This document shows, one piece after another, positions 21,063 through 28,227 of a stretch of 32,000 nucleotides of DNA; positions within the stretch are counted from its first letter, which is position 1, and every line of letters begins with the position of its first letter. A model generated the notes under the pieces. That model was given only the letters and a program-made list of their open reading frames with translations, was not told the DNA's origin and searched no databases. The DNA is from Dickeya dadantii NCPPB 898. GTDB lineage: Bacteria; Pseudomonadota; Gammaproteobacteria; Enterobacterales; Enterobacteriaceae. The stretch lies in NCBI RefSeq assembly GCF_000406145.1, contig NZ_CM001976.1, positions 1,207,263 through 1,239,262 on the forward strand, given 5' to 3'. The position numbers and the translations under genes were made by a program.

Positions 21063-22715
21063 ATGCATTTTTCTGTCAAAAATCTGGGATGCCTGATGGC
21101 GGTAACACTGGCGCTGTCGTCAACTTACGCGCTGGCATGGGAAAAAGATAAAACCTACAACATCACGATTTTGCACACCAATGACCACCACGGCCATTTC
21201 TGGCAGAACGATTACGGCGAATACGGTCTGGCGGCGCAGAAAACGCTGGTGGATCAGATTCGTCAGGAAGTGGCAGGCAAAGGCGGCAGCGTACTGCTGT
21301 TGTCTGGCGGCGATATCAATACCGGGGTGCCGGAATCCGACTTGCAGGACGCTGAGCCGGACTTTCGCGGCATGAACCTGGTGGGCTACGACGCGATGGC
21401 GATCGGCAATCATGAATTCGATAACCCGCTCACGGTATTGCGCCAGCAGGAAAAATGGGCGCATTTCCCGCTGCTTTCCGCCAACATCTACCAGAAAAGC
21501 ACCAAAAAGCGGTTGTTCAAGCCTTACGCGCTGTTTGACCGTCAGGGGATCAAGATTGCCGTTATCGGCCTGACGACCGACGACACCGCCAAAATCGGCA
21601 ATCCGGAGTATTTCCACGACATCGAGTTCCGTAAACCGGCCGACGAGGCGAAAAAGGTGGTGGAACAGCTGCGCAAAAAAGAGAAACCGGATGTCATCAT
21701 CGCCGCCACCCACATGGGGCACTACGATAACGGCGATCACGGTTCCAACGCGCCGGGCGACGTAGAAATGGCGCGCAGCCTGCCTGCGGGATATCTCGAC
21801 ATGATCGTCGGCGGCCATTCGCAGGACCCGGTGTGCATGGCCAGCGAGAATAAAAAACAGGTGAATTATGTGCCCGGCACGCCCTGTGCGCCGGATCGCC
21901 AGAACGGCACCTGGATTGTGCAGGCGCATGAGTGGGGCAAATACGTGGGTCGCGCCGATTTCACCTTCCGTAACGGCGAACTGACGCTGGCGCACTACCA
22001 GCTGATTCCGGTTAACCTGAAGAAGAAAGTCGAGAAGGCCGACGGCACCAGCGAACGCGTGTACTACACCCAGGAAATCAACCAAAACCCGGACATGATG
22101 AAACTGCTGACGCCGTTCCAGGAAAAGGGCAAGGCGCAGTTGGATGTAAAAGTGGGTAGCGTGAACGGCCGGCTGGAAGGGGACCGCAACAAGGTTCGCT
22201 TCGTGCAAACCAACCTGTCGCGGGTGCTGCTGTCCGCCCAACTGGAGCGGGCCAAAGCAGACTTGGCGGTAATGAGCGGCGGCGGTGTGCGGGATTCGAT
22301 TGAATCCGGCGACATCACCTACAAGACCCTGCTCAAGGTACAACCGTTCGGTAATACGCTGGTATACGCCGACCTGAAAGGTAGCGAAGTGGAAAAATAC
22401 CTGGCGGTGGTCGCCAATAAGAAGGTGGATTCCGGCGCTTATGCGCAGTTCCTAAATGTCAGCCTGGAAGCGGACGGCGCCGGCGTGAAGAACGTGAAGA
22501 TCAAGGGCGAGCCGCTGCAGGCGGACAAGATCTACCGTATTTCCACCCTGAGCTTTAACGCCACCGGTGGTGACGGCTATCCGAAACTGAGCGACCTGCC
22601 GAGCTACGTCAATACCGGCTTTGTGGACGCGGAAGTGTTGCGTCAGTACGTCGAAAAACATTCTCCATTGCAGGCGGCAGACTACGAGCCGAAAGGCGAG
22701 ATTGTTTATAAATAA
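21063..22715 (+). CDS. ushA: Periplasmic bifunctional UDP-sugar hydrolase / 5'-nucleotidase UshA
   Basis: The ATG at 21063 (GGAG 5 nt upstream) gives 550 aa. The protein has a signal peptide ending ALA and the metallophosphoesterase motifs ILHTNDHHGHF, GGDINTG and GNHEFD. Highly collinear with E. coli UshA. The ORF-track GTG at 21057 is an alternative start. Confidence 0.95.
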   Translation: MHFSVKNLGCLMAVTLALSSTYALAWEKDKTYNITILHTNDHHGHFWQNDYGEYGLAAQKTLVDQIRQEVAGKGGSVLLLSGGDINTGVPESDLQDAEPDFRGMNLVGYDAMAIGNHEFDNPLTVLRQQEKWAHFPLLSANIYQKSTKKRLFKPYALFDRQGIKIAVIGLTTDDTAKIGNPEYFHDIEFRKPADEAKKVVEQLRKKEKPDVIIAATHMGHYDNGDHGSNAPGDVEMARSLPAGYLDMIVGGHSQDPVCMASENKKQVNYVPGTPCAPDRQNGTWIVQAHEWGKYVGRADFTFRNGELTLAHYQLIPVNLKKKVEKADGTSERVYYTQEINQNPDMMKLLTPFQEKGKAQLDVKVGSVNGRLEGDRNKVRFVQTNLSRVLLSAQLERAKADLAVMSGGGVRDSIESGDITYKTLLKVQPFGNTLVYADLKGSEVEKYLAVVANKKVDSGAYAQFLNVSLEADGAGVKNVKIKGEPLQADKIYRISTLSFNATGGDGYPKLSDLPSYVNTGFVDAEVLRQYVEKHSPLQAADYEPKGEIVYK

Positions 22716-22726
22716 TTAATGTGTAT

Positions 22727-22768
22727 GGCGGTTTCTGTTCTGCTATCGAGAATAGAGACCGCCGTTTT
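22727..22768 (+). terminator. Long hairpin terminator of ushA (copy A of a duplicated hairpin element)
   Basis: GGCGGTTTCTGTTCT (22727..22741) pairs with AGAATAGAGACCGCC (22749..22763). That gives 15 pairs (13 Watson-Crick and 2 G-U), a 7-nt loop GCTATCG, then GTTTTAT. It begins 11 nt after the ushA stop. Confidence 0.7.
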
Positions 22769-23219
22769 ATCCGCTGAAAACGCTCTTGCAAAAACCTTCT
22801 GTAATCTCATCCATGAATACCCCATTCTTATTCACCTGACAACATTGCTACCCCGGTATTATTCGATCATAAAATACGGGTGATAGCCTCATTGGAGGCT
22901 GCTTAGCGTTTTTTATTGGCATCATGCTAATAGTGTCGATTATGTCGAGATATATGAAGAGTGTATTTTATCGTATCTCGAAAAAATAATAATTATTATA
23001 TGCTACAGGCTGGTTGTCGACAGCGATATTGTTGCTGTTGTTTTTTAAGTGTATTGGAAATAAATCCGTTCTGGTCGTTTTTTAGTGCTAAATTTTGTTT
23101 GATGGGAAATATAATAGGGTGGCTATTTTAAAATTATAGCAATATTTGCTATGTTGATATAAATGGCTAATGATTTCTGTTTTTATTTTGATGGCGAAGC
23201 AGGTCGTAAGGTGAGTCTG

Positions 23220-23249
23220 TTGACACTTTTTGATTTTATCGATTAGGAT
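23220..23249 (+). promoter_or_regulatory. Candidate sigma70 promoter for the small secreted-protein ORF
   Basis: Perfect TTGACA (23220..23225), an 18-nt spacer, then TAGGAT (23244..23249, 4/6). It lies about 95 nt upstream of the ATG at 23343. Pattern match only. Confidence 0.35.
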
Positions 23250-23342
23250 GATGCCGCTCGTAGTTATTTAAAGAATGGATTTTTATCAGTAAATCAAGTG
23301 TTGCTATTTCTCAATGCCTTATTTATTTCAGGAGATTTAATT

Positions 23343-23741
23343 ATGCGCAATACCTCTATTGGCATATTCATGCTGACATTTCTTCCTTTCGTCAGTGAAG
23401 CGGCGACAAGCATAACTATTGATTCTCAAAGAAATTGTCTGACAGCGCCATCAATGGATACCCTGTCGGGCACATCGGCAAAGTTTTCGTTAGAACAAGG
23501 AAGATATGTTTTGTCTCTTGTTTCTAATAGTATGAATTGTACCAGTTCATCAAGTAATAGTTGCCCTATCGATACCGTCATGGTGCAAGGTGGGTTTAAA
23601 AACTCTCGTTGGGGCGTCTCTGTTACCAGCACTCCGGTTGTTGTGGATACAACGACATCACCGTTTATCGCCTATATCAGCGATGATAATTGCAATGATA
23701 ATATTGGTCAGGCGACGTTGCTGATACAAAAAGCAAACTAA
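23343..23741 (+). CDS. Hypothetical small secreted protein (132 aa, Sec signal peptide, 4 Cys, Ser/Thr-rich); family not recognised
   Basis: The ATG at 23343 is preceded by AGGAG (23330..23334, 8-nt spacer). The N-terminus MRNTSIGIFMLTFLPFVSEA|ATS looks like a Sec signal. The mature part has 4 cysteines (RNC, MNC, NSC, DNC). The ORF is AT-rich (about 40% GC in a hand-counted 60-nt line). I recognise no homolog. Confidence 0.55.
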   Translation: MRNTSIGIFMLTFLPFVSEAATSITIDSQRNCLTAPSMDTLSGTSAKFSLEQGRYVLSLVSNSMNCTSSSSNSCPIDTVMVQGGFKNSRWGVSVTSTPVVVDTTTSPFIAYISDDNCNDNIGQATLLIQKAN

Positions 23742-23895
23742 TTCGCTCCCAGATAATTTGAATTATGGATATGGGTTTAGTTTTAAAGATAGATTCAGGC
23801 TTATAGTTTTACTACTGAATACATTCATGTCATCAGTAGATGATTAGTGGTATTAGCCTTTAAATAGCGCTCTATCAGTATTTCTGGTGTGGGCG

Positions 23896-23949
23896 CTACA
23901 TCGCAGTTTCTACTACATCGCCGTTTCTACTACATCGTCGTTTCTACTA
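23896..23949. repeat. 17-bp tandem repeat x3.2 (CTACATCGNNGTTTCTA)
   Basis: The units are CTACATCGCAGTTTCTA (23896..23912), CTACATCGCCGTTTCTA (23913..23929), CTACATCGTCGTTTCTA (23930..23946) and a partial CTA. The units differ only at positions 9-10. The array is intergenic and its period is not a multiple of 3. Confidence 0.9.
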
Positions 23950-24082
23950 AAGCACGTTGGTTGTAGTCATGCAGTTATCTTACCCGTAAGCATGAACACT
24001 GCTCTAAGCAAGGCGTTGGTTTTTAAATGATGCGTCAGGCCCTGTGCGCGCGCAGCGCATCAGTCATACGTGACGCACCGTA

Positions 24083-24119
24083 ATGGTTTTCCGTTCTGTT
24101 ATTGAGAATGGAAACCGCC
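24083..24119. repeat. Diverged second copy (copy B) of the ushA-terminator hairpin
   Basis: ATGGTTTTCCGTTCT-GTTATTG-AGAATGGAAACCGCC aligns with 22727..22763. In the core GTTCTG..GCCG, 24 of 28 positions are identical by eye, and there is a 2-nt indel at the 5' end. It still folds into 10 contiguous pairs plus 2-3 more after a bulge. It lies 21 nt downstream of the stop of the minus-strand ORF 24141..24377. Confidence 0.6.
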
Positions 24120-24140
24120 GCTTCATTATGAGCCAGGAAA

Positions 24141-24377
24141 TCATGCCTGGAGCGCTGAAGGGTAACGGCCTTCTCTTGCCATTTCTTTTATATGCTCCTG
24201 TGCCGCTGCGGGCAGATGGGGTTGCGACCTGACGTTAGTCTCATTCCTGGAGGGGATGTACGCCTCTGCCTGTGCTTTTTTAAGCTCAATTCCGAAGGCG
24301 TTGCCTTCTGACTCAATCTGGAGTGTGCGCGCTGGCGCATATGAAGCGCTGGTTGCCTGAATCTCAAGTTTGGACAT
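24141..24377 (-). CDS. Hypothetical protein (78 aa from the ATG; up to 102 aa if the TTG at 24449 is used); doubtful gene
   Basis: The ORF MSKLEIQATSASYAPARTLQIESEGNAFGIELKKAQAEAY...EMAREGRYPSALQA has no recognisable family. It has only a weak Shine-Dalgarno sequence (GGAA) and uses rare codons (AGG, AGA, ATA). A possible TTGTCT-16-TAGAAA promoter and a 7-bp leader hairpin (AGTGGGA/TCCCACT) lie upstream on the minus strand. Confidence 0.3.
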   Translation of the reverse strand: MSKLEIQATSASYAPARTLQIESEGNAFGIELKKAQAEAYIPSRNETNVRSQPHLPAAAQEHIKEMAREGRYPSALQA

Positions 24378-24866
24378 GCTTATTTTCCGGCATGCAGTGG
24401 GAATTAAATAATAATCCCACTTTTCTAATGGTTTTATCCCAAAAGACAATATTCATAAATGCATTTAAATCAGGCGATAGGTTCGCGTTATTAACGAAGA
24501 AAAGGGCGCGCTAATGTTAACGGGGGAGTGTGCGTTGACCAGTCTTGTTGCAAATCAGTGACGTCGGCATCAATTTTATAACGTTCTGTGGGAGCGCGGC
24601 CTTAACCCTGTGATACTGTTGATGCTCGTGGGGTAAGGATGATGCCTCTTTTCTTCACTGTACCGGACCCGGTTGGCTCAGGTTGAGAGTAAACCGGATT
24701 TATTAATGAATAATCTTTTTTGTGCTCGAAAAGCATATAAGAGAGATTTATATTTTCTGCTATTTAAAAAAGATGGTGTATTGCTGATTTTATTCGAAAT
24801 AGTGTCATAAGCGGTGGGTATGGCATAGAAAATTGATAACATAATCTCATAAAAGGTGATCAACCC

Positions 24867-26453
24867 ATGAAGATATCCCTCGCCAGGAGGCTTTGGTTTC
24901 CGCTTATTATTAGTTTGCTGTGTCTGGCCGGAACGCTGTTTTATGGTTCGCTAAAAATCAAGCAGGATCAGATATCGCTACGCAAAAGTGAGCTAATGCA
25001 TGTTACGCAACTGGCGTTGGGGGTGGTAAAAACCAATGCCGAGCAAGCCAGTAGCGGGGCGATTTCTCAGAGTGAAGCACAACAGCGTGCAATGAAAGCT
25101 ATAAAAGACCTGCGTTATGGCGATTCAGGGTATTTCACAATACTAAATTCTCAGGCCCGAGTCTTAATGCATCCGATCAATGAAAAACTTATTGGGCAGG
25201 GTGAGGATTTCAAAGATGCGAATGGCGTCTATCTTTTCAGAGAGATGGTTACGGTAACCAGAGATAACCAGTCTGGTTATACGGCTTACGCTTTTCCTCG
25301 TCCCGGTTCCACCGTTGCGCAGCCTAAAGTGGCATATAATTCACCCTACGCTCCCTGGGACTGGATAATTACCACCGGCCTTTATGTTGATGACATTAAT
25401 GAGGCGTTTATTTATTCTTTATATCAGAATGTTATTGTCTTTGTATTAATTAGCGCCGTACTTTTATTTCTGGCTTATTATATAAATCGCAGTATTTTGC
25501 GCATCCTTGGCGGTGAACCCACTTACGCCGCAGAAGTGGCCGCCCGCATCGCAGCAGGTAATTTGTCTTATCCGGTCACGACATTGCCTGGCGATAAAGT
25601 CAGCCTGCTGCATGAGATGGGCCTGATGCGGGAACAGCTCATCACGGTTATCGAAGATATTCGTTCCGGAGCCGAGGTTATCAATGCCGGCACTGGCGAA
25701 ATTATTGCCGGTAACCTGGAGTTGTCGTCACACACGGAACGACAGGCCACTTCTCTGGAGAAAACGTCAGCCAGTATGGAGGAAATTACCTCCACCGTTA
25801 AACAGAATGCTGACAATACGGAGCAGGCCCGTCGACTGGCGCACTCCGCCCTTGAGATAGCCTCACGGGGCGGGGCGGTGATGCAGGAAGTGAACGACAC
25901 GATGAATGGTATTTCTGAAAGCTCCGACAAAATCGCCAACATTACCGAGGTGGTGAATAATATTGCCTTTCAAACCAATATCCTTGCCCTGAACGCGGCG
26001 GTGGAAGCCGCGCGAGCCGGTGAACAGGGACGTGGTTTCGCCGTCGTGGCCGGAGAGGTGCGAAGCCTTGCCCTGCGTAGTGCGCAGGCAGCCAGAGAGA
26101 TAAAAAGCCTGATAGAAGAGTCGGTTTCTCGCGTTAATAGCGGCTCAACGAAGATAAAAGTGGCCGACAGCAACATCCAGGAAGTGGTGAGTGCTGTACA
26201 GCATGTGGCTGATATTATGGTGGAAATCTCTACGGCGACGAGTGAACAAGGAAAAGGAATTAGCTATATCAACGAGTCGATTGTCCAGATTGATTCGATC
26301 ACCCAACAGAATACCGCCCTGGTTCAACAGGCGGTAGCCGCGGCAAATGAACTGGAAGCACAGGCTCAGCGGCTGAAAGAATCTGTGGCTTATTTCAATA
26401 CTGACGGCGCCGGCCATAGTCACGGCACTCTGACGATTAGTCATTCGGCGTAG
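24867..26453 (+). CDS. Methyl-accepting chemotaxis protein with periplasmic sCache_2-type sensor domain
   Basis: 528 aa. TM1 is [21 protein letters not shown]. The periplasmic region shows the sCache_2 signature: [72 protein letters not shown]2 is followed by a HAMP domain. The MCP signalling domain includes the hairpin-tip motif [37 protein letters not shown]. There is no C-terminal NWETF-type pentapeptide. Confidence 0.93.
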   Translation: MKISLARRLWFPLIISLLCLAGTLFYGSLKIKQDQISLRKSELMHVTQLALGVVKTNAEQASSGAISQSEAQQRAMKAIKDLRYGDSGYFTILNSQARVLMHPINEKLIGQGEDFKDANGVYLFREMVTVTRDNQSGYTAYAFPRPGSTVAQPKVAYNSPYAPWDWIITTGLYVDDINEAFIYSLYQNVIVFVLISAVLLFLAYYINRSILRILGGEPTYAAEVAARIAAGNLSYPVTTLPGDKVSLLHEMGLMREQLITVIEDIRSGAEVINAGTGEIIAGNLELSSHTERQATSLEKTSASMEEITSTVKQNADNTEQARRLAHSALEIASRGGAVMQEVNDTMNGISESSDKIANITEVVNNIAFQTNILALNAAVEAARAGEQGRGFAVVAGEVRSLALRSAQAAREIKSLIEESVSRVNSGSTKIKVADSNIQEVVSAVQHVADIMVEISTATSEQGKGISYINESIVQIDSITQQNTALVQQAVAAANELEAQAQRLKESVAYFNTDGAGHSHGTLTISHSA

Positions 26454-26497
26454 TGGGAAAGTAAAGTAGTGGGAAAATAAAGTAGCGAGAAAATAAA
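26450..26497. repeat. 16-bp tandem repeat x3 beginning 1 nt before the MCP stop codon
   Basis: The units are GTAGTGGGAAAGTAAA (26450..26465), GTAGTGGGAAAATAAA (26466..26481) and GTAGCGAGAAAATAAA (26482..26497). The MCP stop TAG (26451..26453) is the TAG of unit 1. Confidence 0.9.
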
Positions 26498-26715
26498 ACC
26501 GGCGGCGGATGGTATGCGGTGCTCTGGGTAGATCAGAGGCCACTATTTCCTGATGCCGCGTTAACGCAATCTGATTCAGTGCCGCTTTTTACACGGCTGT
26601 TCAATTCTCCGATTATTTGCCAATAAAACTAGGCAGATCTCCAAAACCTTGTTTCACAAACAAAATCGTGATCGCTACAACCGTTTTGGGAAGCGGGCGA
26701 TGATACATTCCCCAT

Positions 26716-26736
26716 AAATGAAACGTTGTTTTACTT
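26716..26736. promoter_or_regulatory. KdgR-type operator upstream of the GH28 gene
   Basis: AAATGAAACGTTGTTTTACTT compared with the KdgR box consensus as I recall it (AAATGAAACAnTGTTTCATTT) matches 17 of 20 specified positions. It ends 11 nt before the preferred ATG at 26748. Confidence 0.6.
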
Positions 26737-26747
26737 ATGGGGTGATT

Positions 26748-28121
26748 ATGCACAAAGGTGTGGCGTTTTCGTTGCTGGCGTCCTGCGCACTGGCAAGTGT
26801 GGCGGCTCAGGCGGCTGAAAAGGTGGCGTTTCCGGACCGGGTCTGCAACGTGACCCAGTATGGTGCCGAAGGGCATCGTTTGCAGATTGCGCTGAACACG
26901 GAATCTTTTCAGAAAGCGATTGATGAATGCGCCGCCGCCGGCGGCGGCACCGTGCTGGTACCGGCGGGCAACTATCTGGTGGAGCCGCTATTCCTGAAAA
27001 GCAACGTTCGCCTGCATCTGGAAAAGAATGCCACGCTGGTGGCATCGACTGGAGAAAATACCTACCGCGCCACCGACAGTACTCGTTACGCCGAAGCGGA
27101 AAATGGCTGGCTGCCGTTTATCAGCATTGCCGACGCGCAGAATGTCGCCATTACCGGCGAAGGCACCATTGATGGACAAGGCGCGGTGTGGTGGGAGCGC
27201 TGGCGTGCGGCGATTCGCGCCACCGGTAAGAAAGGCGGCACCGACCGACCGCGGCTGATTTACGTCACCCGTTCCAACCGGGTGTTGATTGACGGCGTAA
27301 CCCTGACCAACTCTCCCAGTTTCCATGTGGTGATGCGCTATGCCCATGATGTCACGGTGAACGGCACCCATATTATTGCACCCTGGCACGCGCCTAACAC
27401 GGATGCTATCGACCCGATCGATAGCCAGAATATCCGTATCACCAACAACGTCATCGACTGCAACGATGACCATATCGCCATCAAGGCGGAAAAACCCGAC
27501 AGTCGCTTCCCGAACGGCGTGGTAGACAATATTTATATCGCCAACAACGTGTTAAAGCAGGGGCGCGGCATTTCCATCGGCAGCGAAACCTCCGGCGGCG
27601 TCAACAATGTGCTGGTGGAAAATAACCGCTTTGAAGGGTCGATGTACGGCATTCGTATCAAGTCGCTGCGCGGCAAGGGCGGCGAGGTGAAGAATGTCAC
27701 CTATCGTCATACCCGCATGGTGGATGTCGAGGTGCCGCTGGTGTTCTCCGGCTACTATCAGGCTGCGCCTATCGTACAGGCCGAGGTGGACAAATTGTTG
27801 CAGGCGGGCGGGTTCACGCTGGGCGAACAAATCTATCCGCCGGATACCGAGCCGGCCCAGCCGTTCGATAAGGTGAAAACGCCGCATTTCAGTCAGGTCA
27901 CTATCGTTGATCTGGAATCAACCGGTCGCAGCAAGGCTGCCGGGTACATTATTGGCGTGCCGGAAGCGCCGCTGAGCGGTTTCCATTTTGAACAGGTGCG
28001 GATTGACGCTGAAAAAGGGCTACGGGTGCGCAATGCGGAACTGGCGACTAAAGGGCTGAACCTTAACGTAAAACAAGGGGATGCGTTGTTGCTGGATAAA
28101 GGGGCAAACGTTACCCGATAA
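26748..28121 (+). CDS. Glycoside hydrolase family 28 protein (polygalacturonase family; possibly PehN-like)
   Basis: The ATG at 26748 (GGGGTGA upstream) gives the signal peptide MHKGVAFSLLASCALASVAAQA|AE. GH28 motifs are present: NTD (27396..27404), DD in CNDDH (27465..27470) and RIK (27654..27662). G-R-G (27561..27569) occupies the position of the usual G-H-G. The ORF-track ATG at 26718 lies inside the KdgR-like box and is less likely. Confidence 0.92.
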   Translation: MHKGVAFSLLASCALASVAAQAAEKVAFPDRVCNVTQYGAEGHRLQIALNTESFQKAIDECAAAGGGTVLVPAGNYLVEPLFLKSNVRLHLEKNATLVASTGENTYRATDSTRYAEAENGWLPFISIADAQNVAITGEGTIDGQGAVWWERWRAAIRATGKKGGTDRPRLIYVTRSNRVLIDGVTLTNSPSFHVVMRYAHDVTVNGTHIIAPWHAPNTDAIDPIDSQNIRITNNVIDCNDDHIAIKAEKPDSRFPNGVVDNIYIANNVLKQGRGISIGSETSGGVNNVLVENNRFEGSMYGIRIKSLRGKGGEVKNVTYRHTRMVDVEVPLVFSGYYQAAPIVQAEVDKLLQAGGFTLGEQIYPPDTEPAQPFDKVKTPHFSQVTIVDLESTGRSKAAGYIIGVPEAPLSGFHFEQVRIDAEKGLRVRNAELATKGLNLNVKQGDALLLDKGANVTR

Positions 28122-28169
28122 CGTACCGGGAAGTGAGTGTGAGTGCACTTCCCGCGGAACGACGCTTAT

Positions 28170-28227
28170 GAAGCGGCGGCAGAGGGCAACACTGGCCGTG
28201 GAACCCTCTGCCGCCGTCTTCATTTTT
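28170..28227 (+). terminator. Strong terminator after the GH28 gene (shared with convergent ybaK)
   Basis: GAAGCGGCGGCAGAGGG (28170..28186) pairs with CCCTCTGCCGCCGTCTTC (28204..28221). That gives 13 contiguous pairs plus 4 more after a 1-nt bulge, followed by ATTTTTA. A separate 9-bp hairpin CGGGAAGTG/CACTTCCCG lies at 28127..28154. Confidence 0.8.

Noticed and set aside
21120-22343. 407-aa ORF on the minus strand
   Set aside because: Antisense shadow of ushA, with the same compositional signature and no recognisable domain.
22780-22915. Possible orphan sRNA: two hairpins (CCCGGTAT..ATACGGG and AGCCTC-ATTG-GAGGCT) followed by GCGTTTTTTAT
   Set aside because: The T-run is separated from the second hairpin by 7 nt, and I found no convincing promoter upstream. 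This is not enough to call an RNA gene. RNA-seq could revisit it.
22924-22989. 21-codon ORF (MLIVSIMSRYMKSVFYRISKK) spanning an 8-bp inverted repeat TCGAGATA/TATCTCGA; considered as a type I toxin-like peptide
   Set aside because: It has no Shine-Dalgarno sequence. The peptide is not hydrophobic enough for a membrane toxin. No antisense RNA features could be identified. In AT-rich DNA this is indistinguishable from chance.
24323-24514. 63-aa plus-strand ORF
   Set aside because: It overlaps the already doubtful ORF 24141..24449 in antisense and has no ribosome-binding site. Neither ORF can be strongly supported, and this one is the weaker.
24678-24863. 61-aa minus-strand ORF immediately upstream of the MCP gene
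   Set aside because: It lies in very AT-rich promoter-like DNA. It has no Shine-Dalgarno sequence, an Ile/Phe/Tyr/Lys/Asn-rich product typical of random AT-rich translation, and it overlaps the likely MCP promoter and ribosome-binding site.
24760-24866. Search for a sigma28 (FliA) promoter (TAAAGTTT-N11-GCCGATAA) upstream of the MCP gene
   Set aside because: The best candidate is TAAAAAAG-N10-GCTGATTT. It matches only about half of each element and has an off-consensus spacer, so it is not reported as a feature.
26667-26682. CRP-like site CGTGA-TCGCTA-CAACC upstream of the GH28 gene
   Set aside because: Only the left half-site resembles TGTGA, and the right half is poor (about 2 of 5 positions). 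It cannot be called without a PWM score, although catabolite control of pectinase genes would be plausible.
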